Shown here: one piece after another, positions 29,110 to 39,122 of the stretch
How positions within the stretch are numbered: position 1 is the first letter of the stretch
Layout: every line of letters starts with the position of its first letter
IMG/VR virus record: IMGVR_UViG_3300044638_005715
Location: 39,398 to 103,397 of that record
Direction: 5' to 3' (one strand)
DNA: 64,000 nt
Source of the DNA: a virus
Lineage: Duplodnaviria; Heunggongvirae; Uroviricota; Caudoviricetes
Program-made: the position numbers and the translations under genes
Notes under the pieces: generated by a model
The model's database searches: none
The model's input: the letters and a program-made list of their open reading frames with translations, nothing else
Told to the model about the DNA's origin: nothing

Positions 29110-30187
29110 TGATGTTTCAGAATTAGCAAAATATTGTAAAGATATTACTAAGAAATATGGAAATATTATAAAGACTGGTGCCGAATTACTAGAAGAGAGA
29201 AAAGATTATCAAACCATTAGTATTAGTCCCTTAGCAGATATGTCGCTAGGTGGTGGTATTAAAGAGGGTTCTTGGTTGATTTTAAGTGGCCCACCTAAAA
29301 CAGGTAAGACAACATTAGCTATGCAATTGGCATATATATACCAGCAGCTTGGACGCAATATTATTTATGTTAATGCAGAAGGGCGTCTTAAAGAAATGAA
29401 CTTTGAAATTGAGGGATTAGACCCCGCAAAGATGACAATTATCACGGCCGAAAACGAACCTATACCGGCCGAAGACTATTTACAAATTGTTTATAATCTA
29501 GTATCGCTGAAAGAAAATGAGGGGTGTTTATGTATCATTGACTCAGTATCATCTTTAATACCATCTAGGGACCTAGAAGAAGATGTTACTGGAAGTCAGA
29601 GGCCCACATTACCAAAAATTTTATCTAATTTTACTAAAAAAATGGGCCAAATAGTTCCAAATCAAAGGGCCATAATTGTATTGATTACACACGTTATCGC
29701 CAATACGAGTGGATATGGTGCAAGCAGAATGGCCGATTCAGGATGTAAAATTCAATTTCAATCAGATACTAGATTAGAGGTAAAATCAATTGCCCCATGG
29801 ATGCAGGGCGATGAACAGATAGGTCAGAGTGTAACATGGAAAGTGTTTTGGTCGTCTGTTGGTTCTCCGGGCCATGAATTCCAAAATTGGATCAGATATG
29901 GGCATGGTATAGATAATATTCAAGAAATTTTAATGATAGGTCAGGAGGCCGGTTTAATTAGTCAGGCCCTTTCATGGTTTACATGTAATTTTATGCTTGA
30001 TAATCCAGATCTTATCATAAAGATAAATGGAATAGAAAAATCAGAGGCTGCCAAGATAAAAGAAGATCCAGAAAAAATTCTTAAATTGTGCAAGTTTCAG
30101 GGGATAGAAAAGGTCTATAATTTTCTCAAGGATAATCCATTAGCGTATACTTTACTACAAGATAAAATAAAAGAAATGTTATGTTAG
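29087..30187 (+). CDS. RecA-family recombinase (UvsX/RecA-like)
   Basis: Walker A GPPKTGKT within LILSGPPKTGKTTLAMQLA; RecA-like length and Walker B region. Confidence 0.65.
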   Translation: MAKVKKTDDVSELAKYCKDITKKYGNIIKTGAELLEERKDYQTISISPLADMSLGGGIKEGSWLILSGPPKTGKTTLAMQLAYIYQQLGRNIIYVNAEGRLKEMNFEIEGLDPAKMTIITAENEPIPAEDYLQIVYNLVSLKENEGCLCIIDSVSSLIPSRDLEEDVTGSQRPTLPKILSNFTKKMGQIVPNQRAIIVLITHVIANTSGYGASRMADSGCKIQFQSDTRLEVKSIAPWMQGDEQIGQSVTWKVFWSSVGSPGHEFQNWIRYGHGIDNIQEILMIGQEAGLISQALSWFTCNFMLDNPDLIIKINGIEKSEAAKIKEDPEKILKLCKFQGIEKVYNFLKDNPLAYTLLQDKIKEMLC

Positions 30188-30591
30188 TATACGGACTAGA
30201 TGGTAAAGAATATAAAATGACTATGAGATGTAAAACCTATAATGAGGAAAGTAAATCTAGTTATCATAAAAGGGCTAGAATCTTATTAAAGGATGTATAT
30301 CCATTTGATACTATTAGAGAAGAGATTTTATTACCGGGCACGAAAACAACATTTAATAAGTTAGATCTATTTGCTGATTTTTTTATTCCTTCTCGTCGAA
30401 TGATTATTGAGGTAAATGGCAGTCAACATTCCACATATAATAGATTTTTCCATCGCAATAAATTAAATTTTCTTAAAGCAAAGCATAGAGATGCTGTTAA
30501 GAAGCAGTGGTGCGATCTAAATAAAATAGAATTAATTGAATTTAATTATAATGAGTCAATTGATGAATGGAGAACAAAACTTGGAAATTGA
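30181..30591 (+). CDS. free-standing PD-(D/E)xK (DUF559-like) endonuclease, putative homing endonuclease
   Basis: FADFFIPSRRMIIEVNGSQH core; paralog of 41311-42159 and of the C-terminus of 54323-55075. Confidence 0.45.
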   Translation: MLVYGLDGKEYKMTMRCKTYNEESKSSYHKRARILLKDVYPFDTIREEILLPGTKTTFNKLDLFADFFIPSRRMIIEVNGSQHSTYNRFFHRNKLNFLKAKHRDAVKKQWCDLNKIELIEFNYNESIDEWRTKLGN

Positions 30592-31048
30592 TGATTTTTT
30601 TGCACTTATTGATAAATGGTGTGAGAATAATTTACTGAATATAAATCCCAACATAGATCAGGATATATTGAATGAAATATTTAATATTGACGATATATCA
30701 AATTTACCAATTGATGAGTTAAATAATATTATATTTCGTTTAACTAAATTCTTGTATCATATTCAGGGTGTCTATAATAGAGAAAGGGCTATTTCTAATT
30801 ATGCATCATTATCAATATATGAAATCATATGTGATATTGACTTATCAGACAATGATAAATATTTAAAAGCAGAAGAAAAATATGCAAAAAAAATAAACAT
30901 GTCTGAATTTACTAAAAAGTTATATAAATTATATGTAAATGCTAATAGTAAGGTTATTCTATTAGAATCTAGAATAAATACTATTGAGAAAATGATTGAG
31001 ACTATTTCAAATATTAATAGAAGGAAGGTTTTTAAAAATGACAATTAA
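30536..31048 (+). CDS. hypothetical protein
   Basis: 170-aa ORF. Confidence 0.4.
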   Translation: MNLIIMSQLMNGEQNLEIDDFFALIDKWCENNLLNINPNIDQDILNEIFNIDDISNLPIDELNNIIFRLTKFLYHIQGVYNRERAISNYASLSIYEIICDIDLSDNDKYLKAEEKYAKKINMSEFTKKLYKLYVNANSKVILLESRINTIEKMIETISNINRRKVFKNDN

Positions 31049-31565
31049 CTTAGTTGAACTATTAGATTTGGCAGTTAAAACAAATAACGAAGAATTGGCC
31101 ACTTGGATTAAAAATCAGTTGGCATCTAATCAACCAACTATTACAAAGAAAAGGGCTGGTCGGCCTCCAAAGAAAGTTGCGGACGTTCAGCAGGTTAAAC
31201 CAAATAAACTCAAGACTGTCAAGAAATCCGTATCTAAAGCAAGTGACCAGACTAATACAGCTACTCAAAAAGTATCTAGAATTATTGATTTAGAACAATT
31301 TAAGACAAATACAGTATCGAAAAAAAGGTCTACTCCAATTAGGGGAACAGGACAAAATTTATGGCAGGATGATGGAATAGCAGAAAAGAATGAACTAAAT
31401 GTTACACCAAATATTCCCCCGGTAAAAAGAGAACGGGAAAAATATAGTTTAAAAAGAATCGAATGTACTTCATGTAAAAATCAAATTAGTGTAAAACCAA
31501 TACATGTAAGGGAAAATTTTATTTGTGATGAGTGTATTATTAAAAAGGGTCGAGTTCGTGAATAG
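31038..31565 (+). CDS. DNA-binding protein with AT-hook-like and C-terminal zinc-ribbon
   Basis: KKRAGRPPKK and CTSCKN...CDEC; start set at the ATG after RBS GGAAGG. Confidence 0.4.
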   Translation: MTINLVELLDLAVKTNNEELATWIKNQLASNQPTITKKRAGRPPKKVADVQQVKPNKLKTVKKSVSKASDQTNTATQKVSRIIDLEQFKTNTVSKKRSTPIRGTGQNLWQDDGIAEKNELNVTPNIPPVKREREKYSLKRIECTSCKNQISVKPIHVRENFICDECIIKKGRVRE

Positions 31566-31740
31566 TTCAGAAAGAGTTTATAATAGAATTTATAATTTAC
31601 AAGAATCAATTTTTCAGCTTAATATTAGGCAAGAAACCGAATTATCGGAAAGCGAAATATGCAAAATAGAAAAGCGTAAAAAGAAATTACAGAAAGAAAT
31701 AGATAAGCTATACAAAAAACTCAATAATACAGAATCATAA
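31525..31740 (+). CDS. hypothetical small coiled-coil protein
   Basis: 71-aa ORF. Confidence 0.3.
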   Translation: MMSVLLKRVEFVNSSERVYNRIYNLQESIFQLNIRQETELSESEICKIEKRKKKLQKEIDKLYKKLNNTES

Positions 31741-32276
31741 TGCACGCATTAGATTGGATTGGATATATAATTGAATGGATAGGTAATTTTATCCCCAGAA
31801 TAGCACATATAAAGAAAACACATAAGGGTGTAATGTACACTCGATCTGGTGCTAAAATTGTTGATGCTGGAATGCATGTTTATTTGCCCTTATGGACATC
31901 ATTAGAATTATATCCAATAAAAAGGCAAACATTAAATATACCGCCGCAAACACTAACTACTAAAAATGGTGAAACTTTATTAGTAGCTGTTGCCGTAATA
32001 TATTATATTAATGATGTATATAGGGCATTAGTTGGTACATACGAATTGCAAGATACAATCAGTGATATTTGTCAGCAATCAGTTAAATATTGTATATTGC
32101 AACATTCTTTTGATGAAATTATTCAAAATCAAGAAGAAATTGATGAAGAAATATGTGCGGATATATTATCATCCGTAATAGACTATGGCGTTGGAATTGA
32201 AAATGCATTTATTACAGATATAGCCAAAGTCAAAGTATTAAAAATTGTATCTTCTAACAACAATATTATAAATTAA
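31740..32276 (+). CDS. SPFH/band-7 domain protein
   Basis: MHVYLPLWTSLELYPIKRQTLNIPPQTLTTKNGETLLVAVAVIYY matches the stomatin/HflK consensus (GLHF.P...V..R.Q.LD.P.Q...TKDN..V.VD.VV.Y). Confidence 0.55.
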   Translation: MHALDWIGYIIEWIGNFIPRIAHIKKTHKGVMYTRSGAKIVDAGMHVYLPLWTSLELYPIKRQTLNIPPQTLTTKNGETLLVAVAVIYYINDVYRALVGTYELQDTISDICQQSVKYCILQHSFDEIIQNQEEIDEEICADILSSVIDYGVGIENAFITDIAKVKVLKIVSSNNNIIN

Positions 32277-32284
32277 GATAAATA

Positions 32285-33733
32285 ATGAAAGATTTAGCTA
32301 TAGAAAGGGCCATGCTGGCCTCATTGTGTCAATATGGACATGATGTTTTATTAGATTGTAGTTTTTTAACATCTGATCATTTTAATGAAAATAATCAAAT
32401 ATTATTTCATTGTATTAAATCCTGCCTAGATAGTGGTATGAATGTAGATATTACATCTATACTATCAAAAGCACAGGATCTAGGATATGATAAAATAATA
32501 TGCACAGAGGATGAAGTATCATATATAAGATCATTATTTAATTTGCCAGTTGTTAAGAAAAACATTCCATATTATTATGAAAAGCTAATTAAGATAGATA
32601 TTGCTCAAAAATTAAGGCAAAAATTAAAAAGGTCTTTAGAAGAAGTCGATAATATTAATGGTACTGAATCTATTAATGATATATTAGGTATTATAGAAAG
32701 GCCATTCTTTGAAATAACAAGTGAACTTCATAATACAAGTAATAATGTAGAATCAATAGGCAGCGATATATATGAGTATATTGAAAAACTAAAAGATAAT
32801 GATGGGGCCCCTATTGGAATACCATCACCTTTTGCTGCTTATAATCAAGCTATAGGAGGCGGCCATAGAAGAAAGTGTGTAGATTTGATTGGGGCCAGAA
32901 GTAAGGTTGGTAAAAGTCTATATGCTAACGCTACAGCATTACATGTTGCTAAAAATTTGGGAATTCCTGTGTTATATTTAGATACGGAAATGGATAAGCA
33001 GGATCAACAAACACGTATTTTAGCAAACTTAGCAGAAATTACCATGGATGATTTAACTACTGGTAAATTTGCGGAAAGTGACGATGCACTCAATAGAATT
33101 GACAATGCTGCCAAAACATTAGAAAAAATACCCTACCATTATATTAATATTTCTGGACAAAGTTTTGATACTATATTATCTATAATGAGAAGGTGGATTC
33201 ATCAACATGTGGGAGTAAATGATGAAGGGTCTACTAATGATTGTTTAATAATTTATGACTATTTGAAATTAATGAGTTCTGATTCTATTAGTGATAATTT
33301 ACAAGAATATCAGGCTCTAGGATTTCAAATTACAGCATTGCATAATTTTTGCGTCAAATATGATGTACCCTGTTTAACATTCGTCCAATTAAATAGAGAC
33401 GGAATCACTAAGAAAAGCACTGACGTAATATCGGGATCTGATAGGATTTTATGGTTATGCACATCTTTTTCTATTTTCAGCATAAAAAGTGATGAAGAAC
33501 AGGCAGATGATAGGGCCAAGGGCATGAAAAAACCATTTAATAGAAAATTAGATCCTATTGTAGCAAGACATGGTGGATGTATGGATGAGGGTGATTATAT
33601 TAATATTATGATGGATGGACAATATGGGCGATTGACTCAGGGCCCAACTAGGAATAATCTAGAATCATTTATAAGGGAAAAAGACAAGGGTTTTGTACAT
33701 GATAAGCAACAACCAAATTTCTCTAATATCTAA
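32285..33733 (+). CDS. dnaB: replicative DNA helicase DnaB
   Basis: Walker A GARSKVGKS, DTEMD (SLEMS-like), 482 aa. Confidence 0.75.
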   Translation: MKDLAIERAMLASLCQYGHDVLLDCSFLTSDHFNENNQILFHCIKSCLDSGMNVDITSILSKAQDLGYDKIICTEDEVSYIRSLFNLPVVKKNIPYYYEKLIKIDIAQKLRQKLKRSLEEVDNINGTESINDILGIIERPFFEITSELHNTSNNVESIGSDIYEYIEKLKDNDGAPIGIPSPFAAYNQAIGGGHRRKCVDLIGARSKVGKSLYANATALHVAKNLGIPVLYLDTEMDKQDQQTRILANLAEITMDDLTTGKFAESDDALNRIDNAAKTLEKIPYHYINISGQSFDTILSIMRRWIHQHVGVNDEGSTNDCLIIYDYLKLMSSDSISDNLQEYQALGFQITALHNFCVKYDVPCLTFVQLNRDGITKKSTDVISGSDRILWLCTSFSIFSIKSDEEQADDRAKGMKKPFNRKLDPIVARHGGCMDEGDYINIMMDGQYGRLTQGPTRNNLESFIREKDKGFVHDKQQPNFSNI

Positions 33734-34730
33734 AAAATTAATTGAAAATTTAAATATTATATTGGAACATTTTGAGATAGAATATAGCGAAACTAATACG
33801 AGGTTCTTTTTCTCATGCCCAGCACATAACGGAGATAATAATAATGCCTGCACAATATATAAAAATACAGGGGTATGGAATTGCCATACGGCATTGTGTC
33901 ATGAAAAATACAAAAAAACTATAATAGGTTTTATTAGGGGCGTATTATGTTCTCGATTAGACAAAGATATAAGTTTTTTGGATTCTGTATCTTATGGGGC
34001 TAATCTTGTTGGATTAGATATAAAAAGTGACATAGATTTAGTAGATTTTAATAAGCAGCAGAAACTAGCCAACTATAATAAATTATATGATATTTTCATG
34101 AAAACAAATGATGGTGTCGGAGAGCCAATACATGATAATATATTAGAAGTGATAAAAATACCATCGGCATATTACATAAGAAGGGGTTATACAGAGGCTA
34201 TTCTAAGAAAATTTAATGTTGGTGATTGTTATGATAGATCTAACCCAATGTTTAATAGGGCCGTTGTCCCTATATATGATGTTAATAAAAATTATGTTGG
34301 ATGTTCTGCTAGGGCCACCACAGAAGGTTATAAGCCAAAATGGAAAAATACAGAAGGTATGCTAAAAACCAATTATATTTATGGTTTAGATCAAGCATAT
34401 GATGAAATTAAAAGAACTGGTGTTATTTTCCTTGTAGAGGGGCCCGGAGATTTGTGGAGAATGCATGAAGCAAACTATAATAACACTGGGGCTTTATTCG
34501 GTGTCGCACTAACGGAGGCTCAACTAATTTTATTAGAAAGCCTTCCAATTTCTGATATTATATTAGCTACAGATTCTGATAAGGCGGGTAATGAAGCGGC
34601 CGAAAAAATTAAAAAACAACTTCAAAGAAAATTTAATGTAAGAAGACTTTTGACAAACTATAAAGATATCGGCGAAAATCAATCTGATAAATTAAAGGAG
34701 ATAATTGATAAAGTATGGTTAAAATTTTAG
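33693..34730 (+). CDS. DnaG-type DNA primase (zinc finger plus TOPRIM)
   Basis: CPAHNGDNNNAC...C..C zinc-binding; TOPRIM LVEGPGDLWRMHE and DSDKAGNEAAEK. Confidence 0.7.
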   Translation: MYMISNNQISLISKKLIENLNIILEHFEIEYSETNTRFFFSCPAHNGDNNNACTIYKNTGVWNCHTALCHEKYKKTIIGFIRGVLCSRLDKDISFLDSVSYGANLVGLDIKSDIDLVDFNKQQKLANYNKLYDIFMKTNDGVGEPIHDNILEVIKIPSAYYIRRGYTEAILRKFNVGDCYDRSNPMFNRAVVPIYDVNKNYVGCSARATTEGYKPKWKNTEGMLKTNYIYGLDQAYDEIKRTGVIFLVEGPGDLWRMHEANYNNTGALFGVALTEAQLILLESLPISDIILATDSDKAGNEAAEKIKKQLQRKFNVRRLLTNYKDIGENQSDKLKEIIDKVWLKF

Positions 34731-35515
34731 CTTTTGCTGGGGCGAAACAATCGGGCAAAAATACATGTAGTAATTTTCTGCATGGATTCCAATTAAAATC
34801 TTATAATGTTATAGATAATTTCTATATTCTTAATGATGGACAATTAATAACAGAAAATAAAATTGATGGAAATACCTCTCAAAAGGGCCTGCTTGATGTA
34901 AATAGAAAAGATGATGAATTTAGTGAATGGGCTTCGGAAGATATGTGGCCCCTAATTAAAAACTATTCATTTGCTGATGCATTAAAATCACTCTGTATAC
35001 ACTTATTTAATATCCCTTATAATTGTGTTTATGGCACTGATGAAGAAAAAAACACTATTATACCGTGGCTATTATGGGAAAATATGCCTGGAATATTGGC
35101 TTGTGAAAATCATAATTTAACAGATGAGCAATTAGCCTTATCGGGTTTGCAATATCATAAATCAGGTCCAATGACTGCCAGAGAATTTATGCAATTTTTT
35201 GGTACTGATATTATGAGGAAAATGTATGAAAATATTTGGTGTGATAAACTAATTAAGGACATTAAAAGCGAAGATCCTGGCATTGCCGTTATTTCAGATT
35301 GTAGATTTCGTAATGAATGCGAATATATCAAATCACATGGTGGCAAAATTATTCATTTGACTCGACGACCATTTCAAGACGGCCATAAGAGTGAAAATGA
35401 TTTAGTTGGTTATAATGGATTTGATGGTGTTATAGATAATGAAAATATGAATATTGGTGATTCTTGCGATGAATTATTAAAAATTATTCAATCATGGGGG
35501 TGGATGGGATGCTAG
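34715..35515 (+). CDS. deoxynucleoside monophosphate kinase (T4 gp1-like)
   Basis: MVKILAFAGAKQSGKNTCSNFL resembles the T4 dNMP kinase N-terminus MKLIFLSGVKRSGKDTTADFI. Confidence 0.65.
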   Translation: MVKILAFAGAKQSGKNTCSNFLHGFQLKSYNVIDNFYILNDGQLITENKIDGNTSQKGLLDVNRKDDEFSEWASEDMWPLIKNYSFADALKSLCIHLFNIPYNCVYGTDEEKNTIIPWLLWENMPGILACENHNLTDEQLALSGLQYHKSGPMTAREFMQFFGTDIMRKMYENIWCDKLIKDIKSEDPGIAVISDCRFRNECEYIKSHGGKIIHLTRRPFQDGHKSENDLVGYNGFDGVIDNENMNIGDSCDELLKIIQSWGWMGC

Positions 35516-37479
35516 TACCATTCTTTCGTTCTTCTAGCCTATCCCAAATTAAATACTGTGAGATGAGCTACTTTATTACTTATAATTTAGGATATCAACA
35601 GGAGACACAAAAAAAAGCTAATTTAGGCACTATAACCCATAAAGTATTTGAGATATTAGCATCATGTAAAAAGAAAACTCAGGATAAAGTTACTCCACGC
35701 ATGTCGATTATGGATGATGAGTTGGGTAAAATAAGTTTCACAATTTCATCACTGTATACATACGACTTTGTATTAGATTTATTGAAAAGATCTTTTGATC
35801 ACTATTCCAAAGCACACGTTGGAACAGAATATAGTGATGAAGATTATAAATTTTGCCTGAATATGGTTAATAATGGCATTTTACATGCTAATGGGTTATT
35901 TGATCCCAGAAATAGAAATATAGTTGCCACAGAGCCAAAATTCGATATAACAATAGAAGAAGATTGGGCTAAATTTAAGATAGACGGAGAGGAAAAATAT
36001 TTATCGATTAAGGGATCTATCGATTTAGTAACTAAAATAAATGATGATACTATTGAAATGATAGATTGGAAAGCATTACCTGTGGAAACACCTATACCAA
36101 CTAGGTATGGATGGACCACAATGGGTGATATTACTATTGGTGAAATAATCTTTGATAAAGATGGCAAGCAAACTAGGGTTATAGGTAAATCAACACCTAA
36201 GTATAATTATTGTTATAAATTTATATTTGATGATACAACCGAAGTTATATCTGATGAAGATCATATATGGCACATGAGTAATGGAATAAATAAAACCACA
36301 AAAGAAATAATTCCTGGTGATCAAATATCAGTAACAAAACCATTAGAAATTGAAGATACTGATCTACCTATAGACCCATATGTACTTGGATATTGGCTTG
36401 GAAATGGTAGAAATAGATGCGGTGCAATTACATCATCTGATGATTTTGTATTTGATGAGATTGAAAGACGCGGATATACTCTTGGTTGGGACACAGAGAA
36501 GGACAATGATAAAATTAAGACTAGAACAGTAATTGGGCTTACAACAAAACTCAGATCATTGAGTCTTTTGCACAACAAACATATTCCTATGATATATCTT
36601 CGAGCATCATTTAGGCAAAGACTAGATTTGCTTAGAGGTTTAATGGATTCTGATGGGAATGCTAATCCCGCTAGAAAGCAAGCTGTTTTTACATCAACCG
36701 AGAAGACTTTATCAAACGATGTCATGCAGCTTTTATTAGGGCTTGGCCAAAGAGTAAATCAGGGTGATATTACAAGATCAACTAATTTTTCAGAGAATGT
36801 ACAGGTATATCCTCTACATTTTCGCCCACAACATAATATTAACCCATTCTTGCTTCCAAGAAAAGCAGATAAAATTAACCTAGAATGGGGGCCCGGAAAA
36901 TCTAACGTTAGAAGGATAAAAAACATAGAAAAGCTTAATGTTATTAGAAAGGTGCAATGTATTATGGTTGATAGTCCATCTAATACATATTTATGCACAC
37001 ATAATATGATCCCAACACATAATACTGGTCAAAGAAAAAATTGGGCCACAGGGAAAATTAAAACATATGAAGATTTGCATGATGACATACAATTACTTCT
37101 TTATCATTATGCTATTAGAAAATTATATCCAGAATATAAGCAAATTATACCTAGTATTTTCTTTCTAAGGGACGGTGGCCCATTTAGTTTATGCTTTGAT
37201 GAAAGGGATGATGAGAAATTTATTAAGAAACTAAGAGAAAATTTTGAATATATAACCAATAATAAGATGCCGAAACCAATTAATAATTGGAGGAATGATT
37301 TTAGGTGTCAAAAACTATGTACATTCTATAAAAATAAGTGGGATGGCACTAATACAAGGATGTGTAATTATGTTGAAAATCATATTAAAACATATGGTAT
37401 AGATGTTACACAAAAGCAATTAAAGAAAGAAGATTTTACATTGGGATATTATGCAGCACCAGGGCAAGTGAGTAAATAA
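35494..37479 (+). CDS. Cas4/RecB-family PD-(D/E)xK exonuclease (4-Cys) interrupted by an intein
   Basis: Exteins join as ...IEMIDWK|TGQRK, giving the RecB DYKTG motif. QLLLYHYA is the QhxxY motif. One N-terminal Cys plus C-terminal C..C......C. Confidence 0.6.
   Translation: MGVDGMLVPFFRSSSLSQIKYCEMSYFITYNLGYQQETQKKANLGTITHKVFEILASCKKKTQDKVTPRMSIMDDELGKISFTISSLYTYDFVLDLLKRSFDHYSKAHVGTEYSDEDYKFCLNMVNNGILHANGLFDPRNRNIVATEPKFDITIEEDWAKFKIDGEEKYLSIKGSIDLVTKINDDTIEMIDWKALPVETPIPTRYGWTTMGDITIGEIIFDKDGKQTRVIGKSTPKYNYCYKFIFDDTTEVISDEDHIWHMSNGINKTTKEIIPGDQISVTKPLEIEDTDLPIDPYVLGYWLGNGRNRCGAITSSDDFVFDEIERRGYTLGWDTEKDNDKIKTRTVIGLTTKLRSLSLLHNKHIPMIYLRASFRQRLDLLRGLMDSDGNANPARKQAVFTSTEKTLSNDVMQLLLGLGQRVNQGDITRSTNFSENVQVYPLHFRPQHNINPFLLPRKADKINLEWGPGKSNVRRIKNIEKLNVIRKVQCIMVDSPSNTYLCTHNMIPTHNTGQRKNWATGKIKTYEDLHDDIQLLLYHYAIRKLYPEYKQIIPSIFFLRDGGPFSLCFDERDDEKFIKKLRENFEYITNNKMPKPINNWRNDFRCQKLCTFYKNKWDGTNTRMCNYVENHIKTYGIDVTQKQLKKEDFTLGYYAAPGQVSK
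36073..37023 (+). mobile_element. intein (317 aa, LAGLIDADG x2) in the nuclease active site; apparent Ala1 start
   Basis: ALPVETPIPTRYGW resembles Hint block A. LGYWLGNGRN and LLRGLMDSDGNAN resemble LAGLIDADG motifs. Ends ...IPTHN followed by a +1 Thr. Confidence 0.55.
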
Positions 37480-37947
37480 ATGAAAGAATTAACATTAGAA
37501 GAAAAATCAGTAAATTATGATACGTTTCGCCACATTGAAAGGGTTAGAAATTTAATAAATACATGTATTAGGAATCTGTTAACCAGGGCCGAAAAACATG
37601 ACCAATCTAAACTTGAAGATCCAGAAGTTTCTTATTTTTTAAAATATACAGCACTCTTAAAGACATGTACATATAATAGTGATCAATATAAATCTTATTT
37701 ACAAGAGATGAAACCAGCATTAGATCATCATTATGCTAATAATTCTCATCATCCAGAGCACTATAAGGATGGAATTAATGATATGAATTTATTAGATTTA
37801 ATGGAGATGTTATGTGATTGGAAAGCTGCCAGCGAGAGACATAATGACGGAAATATTCGTAAATCAATAGAAGTCAATGTACAACGATTTGGAATATCGC
37901 CACAATTAACACGCATTTTAGAAAATACAGTAGATTTATTATCATGA
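37480..37947 (+). CDS. hypothetical His-rich protein (possible HD-like hydrolase)
   Basis: HHYANNSHHPEHY cluster; weak. Confidence 0.35.
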   Translation: MKELTLEEKSVNYDTFRHIERVRNLINTCIRNLLTRAEKHDQSKLEDPEVSYFLKYTALLKTCTYNSDQYKSYLQEMKPALDHHYANNSHHPEHYKDGINDMNLLDLMEMLCDWKAASERHNDGNIRKSIEVNVQRFGISPQLTRILENTVDLLS

Positions 37948-38411
37948 TTATAGCAGGTACGGGCCATAGACCAAAATATTGCCCATGTAAATACAATGAA
38001 TCCCATCCATGGCTGGCGGAATTAAAAAATAAACTACGTCTAGCTTTGGATGAAGTACGCCCAGTCGCTATAATTAGTGGCATGGCGATTGGTTGGGACA
38101 CTTGGTTGGCGGAAGTCTCCCTTAGTTCAAATATCCCACTTCATTGTTACGTGCCATTCAAGGGCCAGGGCAAAACTTGGCCCAGTGCCTCATATAAAAA
38201 ATATTTAGATATTTTAGATAGGGCGGCACTAGTTAAGCACACATCTGAAAATTATACACCAGATTGTTTTTTTGTGCGTGATAAAGCAATGATTGACGAT
38301 TGTTCTATTGTTTTTTCACTTCTTGACCCATCTATCAATAGTGGTGGGACATATTATACAGTTCAATACGCTAAAGAAAAGAATAAACCTATTACAAATT
38401 TTTGGTTCTAA
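37944..38411 (+). CDS. SLOG-superfamily protein (YpsA/DUF1273-like)
   Basis: N-terminal IIAGTGHRP, then ISGMAIGWDTW and YYTVQYA; pattern of YpsA-family Rossmann-like proteins. Confidence 0.5.
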   Translation: MIIAGTGHRPKYCPCKYNESHPWLAELKNKLRLALDEVRPVAIISGMAIGWDTWLAEVSLSSNIPLHCYVPFKGQGKTWPSASYKKYLDILDRAALVKHTSENYTPDCFFVRDKAMIDDCSIVFSLLDPSINSGGTYYTVQYAKEKNKPITNFWF

Positions 38412-38414
38412 TAT

Positions 38415-39122
38415 ATGAGTAAATTAAATCGTGGTTTGCCAATCATAATATATGATTTCGAAACAACAGGTAAAAATCCTTACACATGTCAGGTAACACA
38501 AATTGCAGCTATTGTTATAGATGGTATGTCATTAACTCCTAAAGATGGGGGCATATTTAATACAGAGGTATGTCCCATTTTTGACGATGACAAGGCTATT
38601 GCTGCGGGGTATGGGCCCGTAGAACAAGAGGCCCTAAATATTACTAGAAAAACTAGAGAGGGCCTAGAAGGGGCACCTGATATTAAGATTGCCTGGAAAA
38701 ACTTTCGAGATTTTTGTAAAAGATTTTCAAGGGGCTCAGATTCATACAATGCACCCATTTCTGCTGGATATAATATTAATGGATATGATGCAATTATTGT
38801 AAAAAGACTATGTGATAAATATGGGCCCGTAGATAAAAATGGACGCCCATCCATATTCAATGCACTATTTAAATATGATGTAATGGATATGGTATATTCA
38901 TGGCTTGAATTTTCAGATTCTTCTGAATTATCTGGAATTAGTTTAGTTAAAGTATGTGAGTTTTTAGGAATACCTAGTGAACATACCGATTTAGCACATG
39001 ATGCATTAGTTGATGTTAAAAATACCGCTAATATACTTATTAGATTTTTAAAATATCAACGAGAATTATCACGTAATACAAAGTTTAAGAATAGTTTTGA
39101 GAATGGGGTATTTTATGTTTAA
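38415..39122 (+). CDS. DnaQ-like 3'-5' exonuclease
   Basis: Exo I IIYDFETTG; Exo III HDALVD. Confidence 0.7.
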   Translation: MSKLNRGLPIIIYDFETTGKNPYTCQVTQIAAIVIDGMSLTPKDGGIFNTEVCPIFDDDKAIAAGYGPVEQEALNITRKTREGLEGAPDIKIAWKNFRDFCKRFSRGSDSYNAPISAGYNINGYDAIIVKRLCDKYGPVDKNGRPSIFNALFKYDVMDMVYSWLEFSDSSELSGISLVKVCEFLGIPSEHTDLAHDALVDVKNTANILIRFLKYQRELSRNTKFKNSFENGVFYV

